Positions 25,368 through 38,103 of a DNA stretch of 64,000 nucleotides are shown one piece after another. Source of the DNA: Takakia lepidozioides (Eukaryota; Plantae; Bryophyta); contig CM060732.1 in NCBI GenBank assembly GCA_030704615.1, positions 53,878,001 through 53,942,000 of the forward strand, in the 5' to 3' direction. Every line of letters starts with the position of its first letter. Position 1 is the stretch's first letter. The notes under the pieces are model-generated. The model saw only the letters and a program-made list of their open reading frames with translations. It was not told the DNA's origin and did no database searches. A program made the position numbers and the translations under genes.

Positions 25368-26934
25368 TGGACGGAGTTATCAGAACCTGTTGCAAGGAAA
25401 CAGAGATCCAGGGTTAGAACTTTGCAACCATCCGTAGCCTCTGCTCACAGGATAGACAACAAAAGCATACAAAACAGGTGTTGATATAGATAAAATACGG
25501 TCCAGAGGGCCGGAAATGAGCTATGATAATCAATACTGCTGCTACACTAGAAATCGCACGGAACAATTGCAGGAACTCGAAAAACAAGTTCCTCAGAACC
25601 AGTTGAAGACAGACTCGGACAGTCCATGCCCTTGAGAGTTTACAGGAGGGTAACAACAAGTGAAGCAGCAAGCTGCAGGCGTTCAACGAAGGGGCCTAAT
25701 AGAGAACTTTCAGAACTTGCCACCAAACGAGGTGGAAGCCCGGGTAGTATCCCGACACACTCCACAACGTTTCCTACGGACCAGGCAGTATGACAAGCCA
25801 CGACCCAACCCCTCCGTTATTACACACAAACCATGCGTCATAACTGGAAACACCGGTCTGGGCGCGATCTCTTCTAGAAATGTGTGCAGAAAGTCCTACG
25901 ACGGGTAGATCGTCGCAGGAAACAATCACAGCGGCAAGCGGGAAGGCTTCACGAAGAGACCGTTCCAGAGAAACACGAGCTAGGAATGCAAGGGACTGTA
26001 ATAACAGGAGATGCAGATGTCCATAACGACGCCCACATTGCACGACGATACCACTACTGATAACACCAAAGCAGGTTACTAGATCATCACGCTAAGCGAA
26101 AAGTCGGTGACGGGAACACCACACATCATCAGACCAGGTAATTCTCAACACTTCTAACAAACCTGTTCCAGGGATGCATATACCAAAGCACGAGTTCAAC
26201 CAGCTAGACCGGACACCATAAGCTTCTCAAGAGCAAGCCAACTCATGCACAGATCCACCAGTAACGATCACCGTTACGCTGGTACAAGCGGTGGGATCAA
26301 TGCCGCAGAGACATAGTACACACCACCTGATCAGACACGAAATCGGGCAAACCAGGTAGAGAAACAACAGCTCCCAGAACGGAAAACCAGATCAGCCACA
26401 CAGAACTAGGTCTCACCACACATCAACTCAGATCTCACACCATTCCACACACCTCCAAGTCAGACAGGATGTCCTCACTCACTGTCAACGCATCTAACGC
26501 TAAAAAACCACAGGCACAGCTAAGTCATGACAGTGTCCCACCTTAGAGACGGCCACACTGTAAGCCCCTCCAGGGAGATGCGAGCTCACACACAAGCACG
26601 GCAGCAGCAGCTATGGCGGACGACGACCGAGCGAGAGAGCCCCAAAAGCCAAGCCCGAGGCCTCATACCTCGCCTGCCGCCGCCACCTACCGCCCTCCAC
26701 CCCCTTTTTTCTCCACCCCACCCCCCAAAACCGCGGGCCACACCGGCGGTCACCGGTCGCCTGGATCTGTGTCCAACTGGCAAGCTCCCCTTTTACATCC
26801 TCCAACCGGTCGTCTAACGGAAAACCGCGACGCGGCCACTGTCCACCTTCCCGGCCTTCGCGGACAACCGAACATTCCTCGTCGTGATCTCAGTCCCACT
26901 GCCTTCAAACAAATGCGCTAATATTTCTTCTTAA

Positions 26935-27719
26935 CCCCTAAACGCCCAAGAGGCCCTACAGTGGTTCCTCTCTGGTCAAACTTAGTTTTCACTTTGAAAA
27001 CGATCTTTTTTGCATTTGAGTTGAACTAACAAAGTAAAGATAATCAAGTCTAGTTTCTATTCCACTTTACGATTCATCAAAATTCCAATTATTGAATCTC
27101 TTATAGCAATTATCAATTCAATGGGTCAAGAGCCAATTTGTTCTTCAGCATAGTTTTTCTATCGAATTTTTCAACTTAAAATCTTTTTTTGACTTTTACT
27201 AAAGTGTTTCTCATTGTGATTTACACCCAATGTAAAAATTTCATAAATGTTTGATACTTATTGTAATTGATATGATGTTTTGAAGACATTAAGCTTAAGA
27301 AAAATCATAATATTTCACTTTTTATGAGACAATTCTGAAAAATTCAAGATTTATAGTAAACATATAGGTTCATCTATGAAAAATGTTAGAATTTTTTTTT
27401 TCTCAAATTCAAGAAAGGCAATTAAACCAACAGTCAGTAGCTCGGTTGGTAAAGTGCCATCCGGATGACCCTGGGGTCAAACCCTGCTACTTGACGGGTG
27501 TGGTACGCTTTGCTCCCCCTCTCCTGCGCGGTGTCGCATCTGAAAGCCTTACGGCCAGGTTACTGAGAGGTTATTTTCTCCTCTCTATCAAGGGGCCTGA
27601 TTTGTGAGCTGTCACTCCCAGGTGTTTCCCTTTTTTTTTTAAAAAGAAAAAAGAAAAGAAATTAAGCTACAGATCGAAGTTTGACTACTTACATTGAGAA
27701 GGGGATGGGCGTTTAGGGG
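26935..27719. mobile_element. Non-autonomous TIR element with TTAA flanks (piggyBac-like MITE)
   Basis: TTAA|CCCCTAAACGCCCA (26931-26948) ... TGGGCGTTTAGGGG|TTAA (27706-27723). AT-rich non-coding interior between GC-rich flanks. Confidence 0.7.
27426..27650 (+). mobile_element. tRNA-derived SINE, full length
   Basis: A-box-like TAGCTCGGTTGG, B-box-like GGGTCAAACCC, T/A-rich tail. TSD AAGAAAGGCAATTAA (27411-27425) / AAGAAAAGAAATTAA (27651-27665). Head recurs at 37283 and tail at 38005-38064. Confidence 0.8.
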
Positions 27720-29588
27720 TTAAGAGTGGACATCGGCCATTACAAAATTTTATTAGGTAGCCTAAAAAAGGGAAAAATAAACCAACCGGTTTCCTTTCGA
27801 AAAAGGCATTAAAAAAAAGAAGATAATTACTGTAACCCAAGATATAAAAATGATAATATATCTGAACGGAAAACGTGAACATCGAGGACGAGCGAGTTCC
27901 GTTAGCGGTAGTTGGAGGCAGTGGTCGGGAAGGGGGGAGACGGCAGGGGGCGACTGGCTGTTTCCGGTGACCTTGAAATCAGCGGGCCGCACCGTTGCCT
28001 CCGCTACCACTCCCAGATATTTCCGGCCAAACTATTGACTGGTTTTCCAGCCGTCAGATGGAGCTGCAGGATGATCCTAGCGGGTCGTTGTGAAAGATGC
28101 TGGACTTGGGTGAAAGAAGGCACGACCGTGAACGTCTCTGGCCGATTCCTGCCACGTACTCCATGACTGGCCGGTCTCCCTCTGCTGGCCCCAGTATTGC
28201 GACCTGCTATGTCCGGTCGCTCTCAGCTTGGCGCGCTCCCGCGACCGGCGGTCAGTAGGGCATGTGACCGGGAGAGCGCGTGGCGTTGCTTTGCCACGCC
28301 CGCGTACTAATCTGATTGATTAACTAACAGACTCACTAAGCTAATTTCGAATTAAAGTTTAGTAATAACAAACTAAGTTCAAAATTAGCTTAGGGCTTGT
28401 AGTTAGTTTAGTTGTAGTTAGTTAGTAAGTTAGTAACTTACTAATCGTCTAATAATTAGCCCCCCCACCTGATTACGGTGCTTAATGACAGTGTGATTGG
28501 TTATCGGGATCTAATTAGGACAATCAACGGGGCAATCAGGTAGATTCTAAAGTGTAGGCATATGTTCTGTTCGTTAGGACCGATGAATGATTGATGGATG
28601 AACATAATTATGAAGGGACAACAAAGTTAAGAAAATAATGAAATTTCCAGTAAGGTATCATATTTAAATTAGATGAAATTGAAATTAATGTTTGTTTATT
28701 TGTCCAGCTGGTATATTCCATCCTCGTTCATTGATACTTTTTCTGTCTATACTTCTTGGATGTTTCTCACAGGTAACTGAAGCCTCAGTTCTGTGAAAAA
28801 CTTGCAAAGTTACCGAGAATCATCAGCCACTGTCTGCCTCCCTGTTTGAGGTTTCTTTCTGGTTGGGTTCTTATTGTTACTGTTAAAAGCTAAGAAGGAT
28901 TTCATGGAGTGCAGAAGCTGACAATAGTCTTGTGTGGATCTTTTTACATAGAGTTTCTTTAGGGAAAAAGGTCCATATCGGAGACAACATACCTTGATAG
29001 TATAGCATTGGAGAGTTAGACAAGACATGCAAGACTAAACAAATGAGATGGTGGTTCAAGATAAAGGCAAGCCGCCTTAGAGGCCATAAGAGTCTTAAGT
29101 CTTGGAATTTTGTTGTAGGCATTGTCTTTACAGTCCGCCACCAGCAATAATGGGCGCAGAGAGATGAAACAATACATAGACAGAAGGCAGAAAGGGGAAG
29201 TAAGAGCTCCGTCTTTGAGGGCATGTTAAGGGGGAGATAGTGAGAGAAAGAGGTGGAGTTTTAAATCCACAGAAAGTCATTAGAAAGCTCAAGTCAATTA
29301 TCTCTCATTGCAGCTGCTGGGTGCCTGAAGAGATCAATCAGAAGTTCAGATCACAGCTTCCTAAACTTCTCATGCTTCTGTCTCCCACTTTCCCATCCCC
29401 TGCTCTGAACCAGCATTACACATCACCCCCAGCATAAAGACACAAAAACAGTTATTCAAGCACCCTTAGTGCATGCTGACGCCAGTCTTTCTATAAAACT
29501 TGGAAGTTTACTTAGAAATGCAAAGGTTTTGATCCATTGACCATTGGACTGCATAAGAACGCTAACTAACTGCCTACAGCAACCCACT

Positions 29589-31606
29589 TTAGTACACAAC
29601 TTGTGGCTCAAAGTCCACACAGTCCAAAGATCCTGACTCTACAGGGGTCATCAAGTACATGGCAAGGAGTTCAACAGCAAAGCCGGCAATAAGTGGAACC
29701 CTCTGAATTGCCTTTAGGGCATCAGGGGCCTTGCTCTCTCCAATGGCAATAAGCTTCTGATTAATCTCCACCAGGTGTTCAAGCTTCTGTTCGAAGACTG
29801 GGTTCTCCACATCCAACACAGATGGGAATATCCTGGCAGTAGTTTTATTTGTCTGCACAATCCGTGTAGAAACACCATCTATGTAAGTAAACTAGCACTA
29901 GAGAGTGCACTCTCTTGTCAATCACAAAGTCTCAGATCAACAACTTCATTGTGTCACCACCCCCACCAACTTCATGAGCCCCCAACTGTGGGTGTAGATC
30001 ACACTTAATGCTCTGCTCAATTGACAACAAGTATTCCAGCAAGTAGGTGGTCATGCATTCTGACATAGTGTAGGCCAAAAGGGCTCACCTCAATGATGAC
30101 ATGCATGTCAAATTCCCTGGTGTTCAGACCAATTCCCTCGTAGAAGGCAGTTCTTTGAACATCATTCAGGTACATTGTCACATAGACCTACAAAATTCTC
30201 ACAGGCAATATATTAGCCAGTGGGAATTCCATGACCAAGTACACACAGCTTACACCATGGCAGTTGAGGAGTGACTTCTTACCAAAAGGCAGAAGAACCG
30301 CGACCACAGCTTAGCCTTCCAGTCATTTAGGAACTGTGGTTGTGCCTTCAGCAAAGCTGAGAAGAAATCTCCGTGACGATTCTCATCTTGACACCAGTTC
30401 TCAAAGTACTTGAAAATTGGGTAGCATTGGTACTCGGGGTTTGTCTTCAGGTGCCTGTAGATGCTAATGTACCTCCAGTACCCGATCTTCTCTGAGAGGT
30501 AAGTGGCATAGAAAATGAACTGGGGCTTGAAGAAGGTGTACTTGCGTGCCTTGGTAAGGAAACCAAGGTCAAGAGCAAGATTGAAATCTGACAAACCCTT
30601 GTTTAAAAACCTGCAGTCCACAACTTCTGCAATTAAATGCTGTGCATAAACCTAGTATGTTCCACCTCCCTTTTCACCTACTGCAAAACAGGGCACCACC
30701 CCAACGACCAATGCACACAATTGAGGCAGAGGAAGTATATACGATCAACAAAGGAAAACACGTTGTTGAACAGTAATGTAAACGACATACAGTCACCTAC
30801 CCAGCATGACGTGCTTCATCCCTTGACATCAAGGTGAAGATCTCAGCTACAACTGGATTTGTCTTCTGCAAAAGCTTGGCAAGTGCTCACCGTTAGCTTC
30901 CACGGAGGCCTAATTTTGACAACGAAACATTCAAGCCTCCATCGAATTTCTCAAGACTGGCGAATATGAAATACAGCCATGCGACAACTTACAATGGAAA
31001 CATTTCTAAGGTGAGAGAAACTGCCGAGGTCAGCATCCTCCGAGATAGACGTAAGCTCGGCGAATGGATTACCTTCAATCTCCTTCCGAGTTCTTTGTAC
31101 AAGAGAAAACCAGAAAACTCCGCAGTGCAGGAGCGCTCAAGAAACTCCACAAAAATCTGGCGCATGGGGCCCTGCAGCTTTTCAGCAGCTGCCTTGAACT
31201 CGGGGTTCCTGACAAAGTGAGTCTGGTTATAGTCTGCTTTGAACTCAGCCGCCAAGGCCTGGAACTCAGCCTCGTTCAAATTCTTGTTGATCTCCGTGTT
31301 GAACAAGCGTTCCATTTCATCAAAATCAGTGGTGTAAAACCGTGGAGTCAACAGAGTATCCTTGCTAAGCTCCTTGCTCCCCTTCTTTGGCGCCTCTTTC
31401 ACATCCGACATCACCACCCTGTGGCCATTAGACACGCCAAACGCCTTCAACGCAGAACCCGATTGGGTAATCCTGCATTGCCCGGAAGGAAGCGGGGAAA
31501 ATGCCATCCTTGCTGTGCTCTGCGAGCTCGATCCTGCCCCTGCCTCCAGTGCCCTGGTTCCTGACACCATAGCAGTCCCCATTGAGCAAGCCGCCATAGC
31601 TGCCAT
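29589..31606 (-). CDS. CRD1: Mg-protoporphyrin IX monomethyl ester oxidative cyclase (exons 31606-31073, 30865-30801, 30610-30283, 30187-30089, 29852-29589; 429 aa)
   Basis: Transit peptide, [26 protein letters not shown], di-iron motifs DEARH and DENRH, C-terminus FEPQVVY. All junctions GT/AG and in phase. Confidence 0.97.
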
Positions 31607-32386
31607 CTCGGCCCAACCCAACTCGGAAGTCCAAGCCTCCTCAAGCATAAAATGTGGGTTCCTCCCAGACGCACAATCCTTCCACTCAGACACTCCGAAC
31701 ACAGGAATTGTAGGCCACAGAAGCGAGCAAGTAATAACTCGAGGCAACACAGAGAGTAGCCCACAGACAGGATATGTGGACCAATACGGAGGAAGCGCAC
31801 CCACATTCCATTGGCTCTTGTGGATATGGTGGATCACTCCTAAAAATCCTCAAATACAGTTCATGAAACTCAGTTAAGACAATTCAGAGTGAGGACACTC
31901 TACTTTCGATTAAGTGGGTTTACTTAGGGGTGAAAGATCAGTTCAAATGCCCTCTATTGAGTGATAAAAGCATTCGATTTAGTTATCATGTCGCCCTTGC
32001 AGAATTATACGCTTTGGTGTTTCCAGAGATCTTCCGAATTCATACATAACCTGTTGGGATACTGTTAATGGCTTAGACAACTCAAAAGACTTCCGAATGA
32101 GATTGAGGTGGGGGAAGACTAGGAGATGCAGCCTCAGAGGCTCTGCTATTAACTTCAAAATCCTTCAACCTTTGCTTTGGGGAGTGTTGTCTTGGTAAGG
32201 TCTGTTTCTTTCGCCAATGAGCAGCACATCGAAGTGGGCACATACAGATGTGGGGGAAACACAGTAAAGAATACAATGCTGTGAGGCAAGGAAGCGGACA
32301 CAAGGAAGTGGCTGCAGGTAGGAGCTGCATGCTGAGAGGATTAAAAAGAGGAGAGAGTGTACAGGGTCCTTTGGTCAGAACAAAAG

Positions 32387-32448
32387 AAAGAATGTGTGTA
32401 CTCATAAGATGTTTGCCGTAGCTTCGTTGTGGCCATAGACTCCGGGAG
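32387..32448 (-). mobile_element. Short LINE 3'-tail insertion
   Basis: Reverse complement GTCTATGGCCACAACGAAGCTACGGCAAACATCTTATGAGTACA matches the LINE tail at ~42185. TSD GAACAAAAG at 32378-32386 and 32449-32457. Confidence 0.75.
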
Positions 32449-33293
32449 GAACAAAAGGGAACATTATACTACCTTTGTGAGGGGCTCACTCCAGTAGTGT
32501 GACTTTCCTTGATAGAGACAATTAGTTCAGGTTTTCCAGATATCCTTCAGAAAGCCCTTCACAAAACTTGCTGTGTGTGAGCAGCCCAGCAATTAGACCT
32601 CCCCCTCACATAGCCAGGGCTTTAGGCTCAGCCTCAAGATTTTGATGGTTGGTGAACAGAGGGGCAGGGACCATGTTCTTGACTGTCCTGAAGAGGGTTG
32701 CTCTCTGGTGAGAATATCCCCAACAATGTAACTGAAAATGGGTATTGTCTTCAGGCTGCACGCACATTGGGCAATCACAATCTCTGCATCTGTTTATTGT
32801 TCAAGAGTTTCCAGCCCCAAGTTAAGATCTCTGTCTTGTGTCGAGGGTAGGTAGGCCCTTGAGATCATCCTTACATCCTCACCAATGTCACAGACTGGGA
32901 AAAGTTTCAGGGAGAACAAAAGAGAGAGAGAGAGATGATACTAAATCCAAAAGGAAAGTCATGAGAAAGCTGAAGTCAGTTTTCTCTCATTAACAGCTGC
33001 CGGGTGCCTGAACAAATCAATTGGAAGTCCAGAGCACAATAAAACTTTCATCTCACACTCCTTCCAATTGAAGGGCCATCAATTAAGTTTCAATCCCACC
33101 CTGAAAAGAATAAATCTGAATTTGAAAGATGATCAAGTCCTAGAGCTGAGGTGCAAGCTTTGCACCTCTTTGTCTGTGTGCATGTATGTCAGCAGGAAGA
33201 GAAAGGGCCACAAGTTGACATGCTTGCATCTTCCCTTGCGCAAAACATTCAGCAAGAAAGGAGCAAGAGAGAGAGACATGAGAGGTGTCACAA

Positions 33294-34904
33294 TCAGCCC
33301 TGACTTGTAGTCACCCCCCCACCAATCCCATGTCTCTGGAGGACCTTTCGTGCCGCAAGAGCTGCAGCTTCACTTGCTCTCAAGCTGCCTGAGGCCATGA
33401 TAGCAGCAAACTCCTGGGTGATCTCTTCTTGGACTTTTGCCCGTGTATTACTCAACGATTCTTTAGCTGCAGTTGCTGGTCCCCCACTCTGCTGTCCTGT
33501 AATCTCACCTTTGTCATCACCATCTTCCAGCTTATTCGCTGTTGAGTTGTTCACACTGTTGGCTGCCAAAGAAGCATGCATTTTCATGAAAAAAACAAGC
33601 TGCCTTCAAAGTCGGAAAGAGCAAAGGTTGCCTTAGCTGCAACTACAGATTCCAAGTATGTACATAACACAGGGTGCATTGGAAAATGTCCATGCCATAA
33701 ATAGGGGGTAGTGCAAATGATGAGTACCAGAGAGTTTCAAAGCATCTTGCGGTGGCACTCTCGCAGCTGAAACAGTAGGGGGGATATTAGCCACAGTCAC
33801 CACTGATGGAGGGGACGGACGAGGGAATAGACCAGAGGATAATTGCCCTTCATCACTTGCAGGACGTGTTGATCTGGATGGGGCTATTGGTGATGGCCAC
33901 CCTGATGGTAGTTGGATATTAGAGAAGTTGGGCATGGGTTGAGATAGTGCAGTTGGTTTTGGCACTCCGGGCACTCCTCCATACCGCAATGTAGTCTCCA
34001 GATTTTGAATCATAGGCACTGCCAAACACAAGACACAATTACACCCTGCAAACTATCTCTTTGCTGTTGAGCACTAAATTAAGTTATGGAAGCAAATGTC
34101 TCTTCACCTCCAACATATACCAGAACTACACAACTACCATTTACTCAGATGATCATTCAACCACCATCTGCAAGCATTGCATACATTCTGAAAGTACCTG
34201 GAAGAAGTACTGGAAGAAGCATTAAAGACAATAGGTTAAGATAAAGACTCACTCAGCAAGGCACCCATGGGGCTGTTCATCACTTCTTCCGGCAGTCGAA
34301 CAATATGTTCTGGGATACCTGCTCCAACCAGAAACTGTGACACCTCATCCGAAAAGTTATTGCAATTGTGGCGCATAAGGCTGTAGGTCTCCTGTGTATA
34401 GCGAGGCTGAATCTCTCGCAAGTACTCTTCAAATATCTCCTTGGGTACCTGGGTGCGACCCAACTCTGCTACTTGTACTGGTCTCCCGTATGGGCTCTGC
34501 CCTATGGGTACAGTTTGAATTCCCCCACCAAAAAAGTATTCGTTCCCAAAAACACCCACCCCTGTATGCCTGTACCGATATAAATAAAGAAGTAGGAAGA
34601 TAGTCAGAGAATGCATCGACAGTACACCATTACAGACTACTACTTTGTAATCACTTAGGAGTGGAAAATGGTCAGCCAGCAGGCAAGAGCGCAAAATAAA
34701 GATCAGCAATGGAGAATAACCGCACTGTGACCGGTGTAGGGTGGTCCCGGAGTCAAACACCTGCCAAGAACCCACACAAACTATCCTGTGGATCGCAAGA
34801 TATTACCAGATGCCTTCAATTGCTTTTCCCAATAAGGATGTAGAAAGCTGTCGTGCCAATCCTTGGCTTAGGTCGTAGACATAGAGGACCACCTTCTCTC
34901 CATC
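33294..34904 (-). CDS. DeSI/PPPDE thiol peptidase (exons 34904-34807, 34569-34253, 34018-33728, 33562-33294; start-codon exon upstream, not fixed)
   Basis: [17 protein letters not shown]...GIWHTG (catalytic His), HNCNNFS (catalytic Cys), plant-type C-terminus [21 protein letters not shown] candidate first exon is MAFCSE at 35958-35941 (uncertain). Confidence 0.9.
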
Positions 34905-35031
34905 CTGACCCCAAAAACCTCTCCAAATGTTAAATTCATCACATACACAGCAGAATATCATTCCCATATTTCTCGTCACTCATAAAATGAAGCATAGCCA
35001 CTCACTGCTTTTCAGGCCTCATGGATGATAC

Positions 35032-35518
35032 CAGTGTTGGTCTGGTATATAGGTGATGGACTGGTATAAAATACTGGTATATGCACTGGTATTAGATACC
35101 AGACCAGTCTGGTATCATTTGGGAGAATACTGGGTCATATACCAGACCAGGCTGGTATCAGTTTTTTCATACCAGCCTCAATACCAGTACTTCCCCGCCG
35201 TCTTCCTCATTTACTCTGATATGTATACTATATTAATTTATGTGTATATATGCCTTGTACTTATGTATATTTATTTCTTTATTGATATTGTATTTGTTTT
35301 CACTTGATACTTGCTAGTGATAAACTTGTAATTCAAGATGGCTTTGGAATGATACCAGAATTGATATCTCGTACCAGCTGGTATTGTGGTCATGATACTC
35401 ATACTCTTACCAGTATGTAGAGAATTATACATCCACCATTATATAGACCAGACTGGTATAATTTTTTTGTGCCAGGACCAGTCTGGTATGCCCTAACACT
35501 GATACCAGAACAACACTG
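35032..35518. mobile_element. hAT MITE in a DeSI intron
   Basis: 17-bp TIR CAGTGTTG(G/T)TCTGGTAT. Perfect 8-bp TSD GATGATAC (35024-35031, 35519-35526). CTGGTAT/ATACCAG subterminal repeats. Confidence 0.95.
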
Positions 35519-37282
35519 GATGATACCCACTTAAATCATCAAAAAGGGAACTGGCTAAAATGGTACATTCAGAAAAAATTAAGGCATGCATGCTTCTACA
35601 GATTTTCATCAATTGATTCATTCTGAGATACAACAGTAATTTGTATGACTGCTACTTCCATAAGGGTGCATGCTGGCCCATGTCTCCTTGGCAACAGCCT
35701 CCATAACTTCTCAACTAACTTCCCTGATGGAGTCAAGCAACTTGCAATCCCAAGATCCTCACAACACCGTGCACTCAAACACCATGAGGTGTTCAAGGAT
35801 CCACCTAAGTGCCAGAATGTTTGATTGCTTGTACCTGAGCCATTAGCTTGCAGCAAACTGCGGTCCTGTGAGATGATAATCTTTGAAAACGAAAGTGTCT
35901 GAACAACACAAAACAAAAGCTCCAGCATGAAAGACAGAACCTCAGAACAAAATGCCATTAGAAAACCAACACACACCCAACAAAGCTTGTGAACCATACT
36001 TGCATTGCCCTATCTCTAGGTTACAGCCAAAAGATGAAAGTAGAAGCCCCTGGGAGAAAATGCTTGAGTGGCAAACATCTCATGGCTATTTTCCACCTCC
36101 TAGAAAGATAGAAGGAAGATATTAAAAGCTTTCACAGGTAGCTTGACAGCTTTATCCTGCGAGAGAGACATCTGTAAAGGTCAAAACGACGCACTATTCC
36201 CTCAGCAGACGTCACTCGAGGCTGCGGACTGAATGAATGACGTTAGAGTCCTTCGAGAGAGAGAGAGAGTCCATGCGAAATGAGGCGGATACAGAAAACG
36301 TCGTCGCAAGTAAACGCTAATTGGAGGTTCTAAACGGTCGAGGAAAGGGGAACACAGCCCAACATCCGTAGCAACTCGAAGCGTATGCAATTTGGATTTG
36401 GACGTCAACTAAATGGCTATACACTGCATCGGCTAACACAAGTGTACCAGCGTTGTGTTCTGACATGAAACACGAGGGAGAAAGGGAGGACCATCACCGG
36501 CCCGGCCACAGTGAGAGAGAGAAAAGAAGGAAGCTACCACACAAAGACTTTCTCCATACTGTTGGATAGAACATCAAAGGCAGCTTTCCAGGCCTAGCCT
36601 TTCATAATTCAAAGAGAACGCGGCGAAGTACAACAGTGTAACTCTGTGCAGGGAAAAAGCCAATGAAATACAGGAACTTCCAGAGAACCATGAGAAAGGA
36701 CAAGCCGAGTTCCAAGACGGTGCCCCTAACAGAGTGAGGCTATGCCCAGAAACAATACTTGACCTGGTTTCTTCAGCCGACAAGATATTCCTTCATACAC
36801 GAAAATCCCAACACGCTGAAGCTGAAGCTGAAGCACCACACTCGCAGGCACATGCAGACCGTCCTAGGAAATCCAACCCAAGCCCAGAGCCTCGAAAACC
36901 TACCAGATCACAACCACAGCGACCACGATAGTACTCACAAACTGCGAAGTCTTGCAGAATCCGAAGACCCTCGACGCTGATCAGCTTCTAGGTCTTCCCC
37001 CACCGATCTTCCACAAGAAAGTTCTGGAATTTCAACGACCCAATTCGTGTGCCTCAAGTATAAAAAAAAAGAGAAGATTCAAACCCGCCCTTGTGTCAAC
37101 TGTCATGGAAGCTTCCGGATCCACACTCCCATCCGACGCTCACCAAATATCCCAGGGATCGACGGCTTGAGACTCTTATGTTGTTTTCGTATTTCTGGAA
37201 TTGAAAAGGAGGCCCTGATCGGCCTCTCACGGATTTGAGATACATATAAGTGTTATATTATGCACATACGTACCAGTGTTAT

Positions 37283-37350
37283 ACCAGTCGCTCAGTTGGA
37301 TAGTTCGCTGAGTGCCATCCAGCTGACTCTGGGGTCAAATCCTGCCATCC
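37283..37350 (+). mobile_element. Head of a tRNA-derived SINE (related to 27426)
   Basis: GCTCAGTTGG...AGTGCCATCC...CTGGGGTCAAATCCTGC aligns with 27438-27488. Confidence 0.7.
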
Positions 37351-38004
37351 TACTACACAGGTATTGCACTATAGGTATTGATCCATGGTTGTGACTTTGT
37401 TGTAGATGGATCCGACCCATAAATGAAACAGTCTGACAACTAAAATGGATGACATTGAGAACAAAGAGGGTTGTTTGGATTGACGTTACTATCTATCTGT
37501 ACCTGTACATCCAAAAGCCGATGTGGGAAATTGCATCATTTATATTAGTTAAAATAGTATGAATGAACGATTGATGGACTCTCGGAGAGCAGAGTACTGA
37601 TCTCCAGTCATCCATCCTGCTGCACTAGATTGTGTTATTCCAATTTTCAAAGCTTTTGAACTATAAATTGAACATGAACGGAAGTCCTATAGGTCCCATA
37701 GGTCCCCACAAGTCTGGCACTTTAGATATAATTAACTGGCCAAGTCACAAACTTGTATGGGCCCCTTTTTACTAATAAGATCATCCACTGCACAATAGAG
37801 CTAATCTCTAAACTTCTGTCTCTTTGAGAGCCATACAAAGCCAACACTAAGCTCAAATGGCATTCTAAGTTCTGGATATAAACCGGAACTGAAAGAATTT
37901 GACTAAAGCAATAAAATGAACAACAAGTTCAATAACAGCTATGTAGATTTCATCTCCCTGTGTGGAAACTTCCTCAATCTCTATCAATGTTACATTATTG
38001 ATCT

Positions 38005-38064
38005 TTTTTTTTTTTTTTGAAAGGGAAACACCTGGGAGCGACAGCTCACAAATCAGGCCCCTTG
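38005..38064 (-). mobile_element. 5'-truncated SINE tail with poly(A)
   Basis: Reverse complement of ~27588-27635 (CAAGGGGCCTGATTTGTGAGCTGTC...CCCAGGTGTTTCCC). TSD ATTGATCT at 37997-38004 and 38065-38072. Confidence 0.85.
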
Positions 38065-38103
38065 ATTGATCTCTAAACCATAAATTGCACACGAAGCCGG
38101 CAA

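Noticed and set aside
27430-27500. tRNA gene
   Set aside because: No complete cloverleaf. A tail and TSD indicate a SINE.
27850-28310. Divergent gene from the GC-rich island
   Set aside because: Promoter-like composition, but no supportable ORF or RNA gene downstream.
30989-31877. Longer N-terminus for CRD1 and overlapping antisense ORFs
   Set aside because: The extension starts at a non-ATG codon, ATG 31606 gives a normal transit peptide, and the antisense frames are shadows.
38004-38018. Poly(A) tail of the CK1 retrocopy
   Set aside because: It belongs to the SINE tail insertion with its own TSD.
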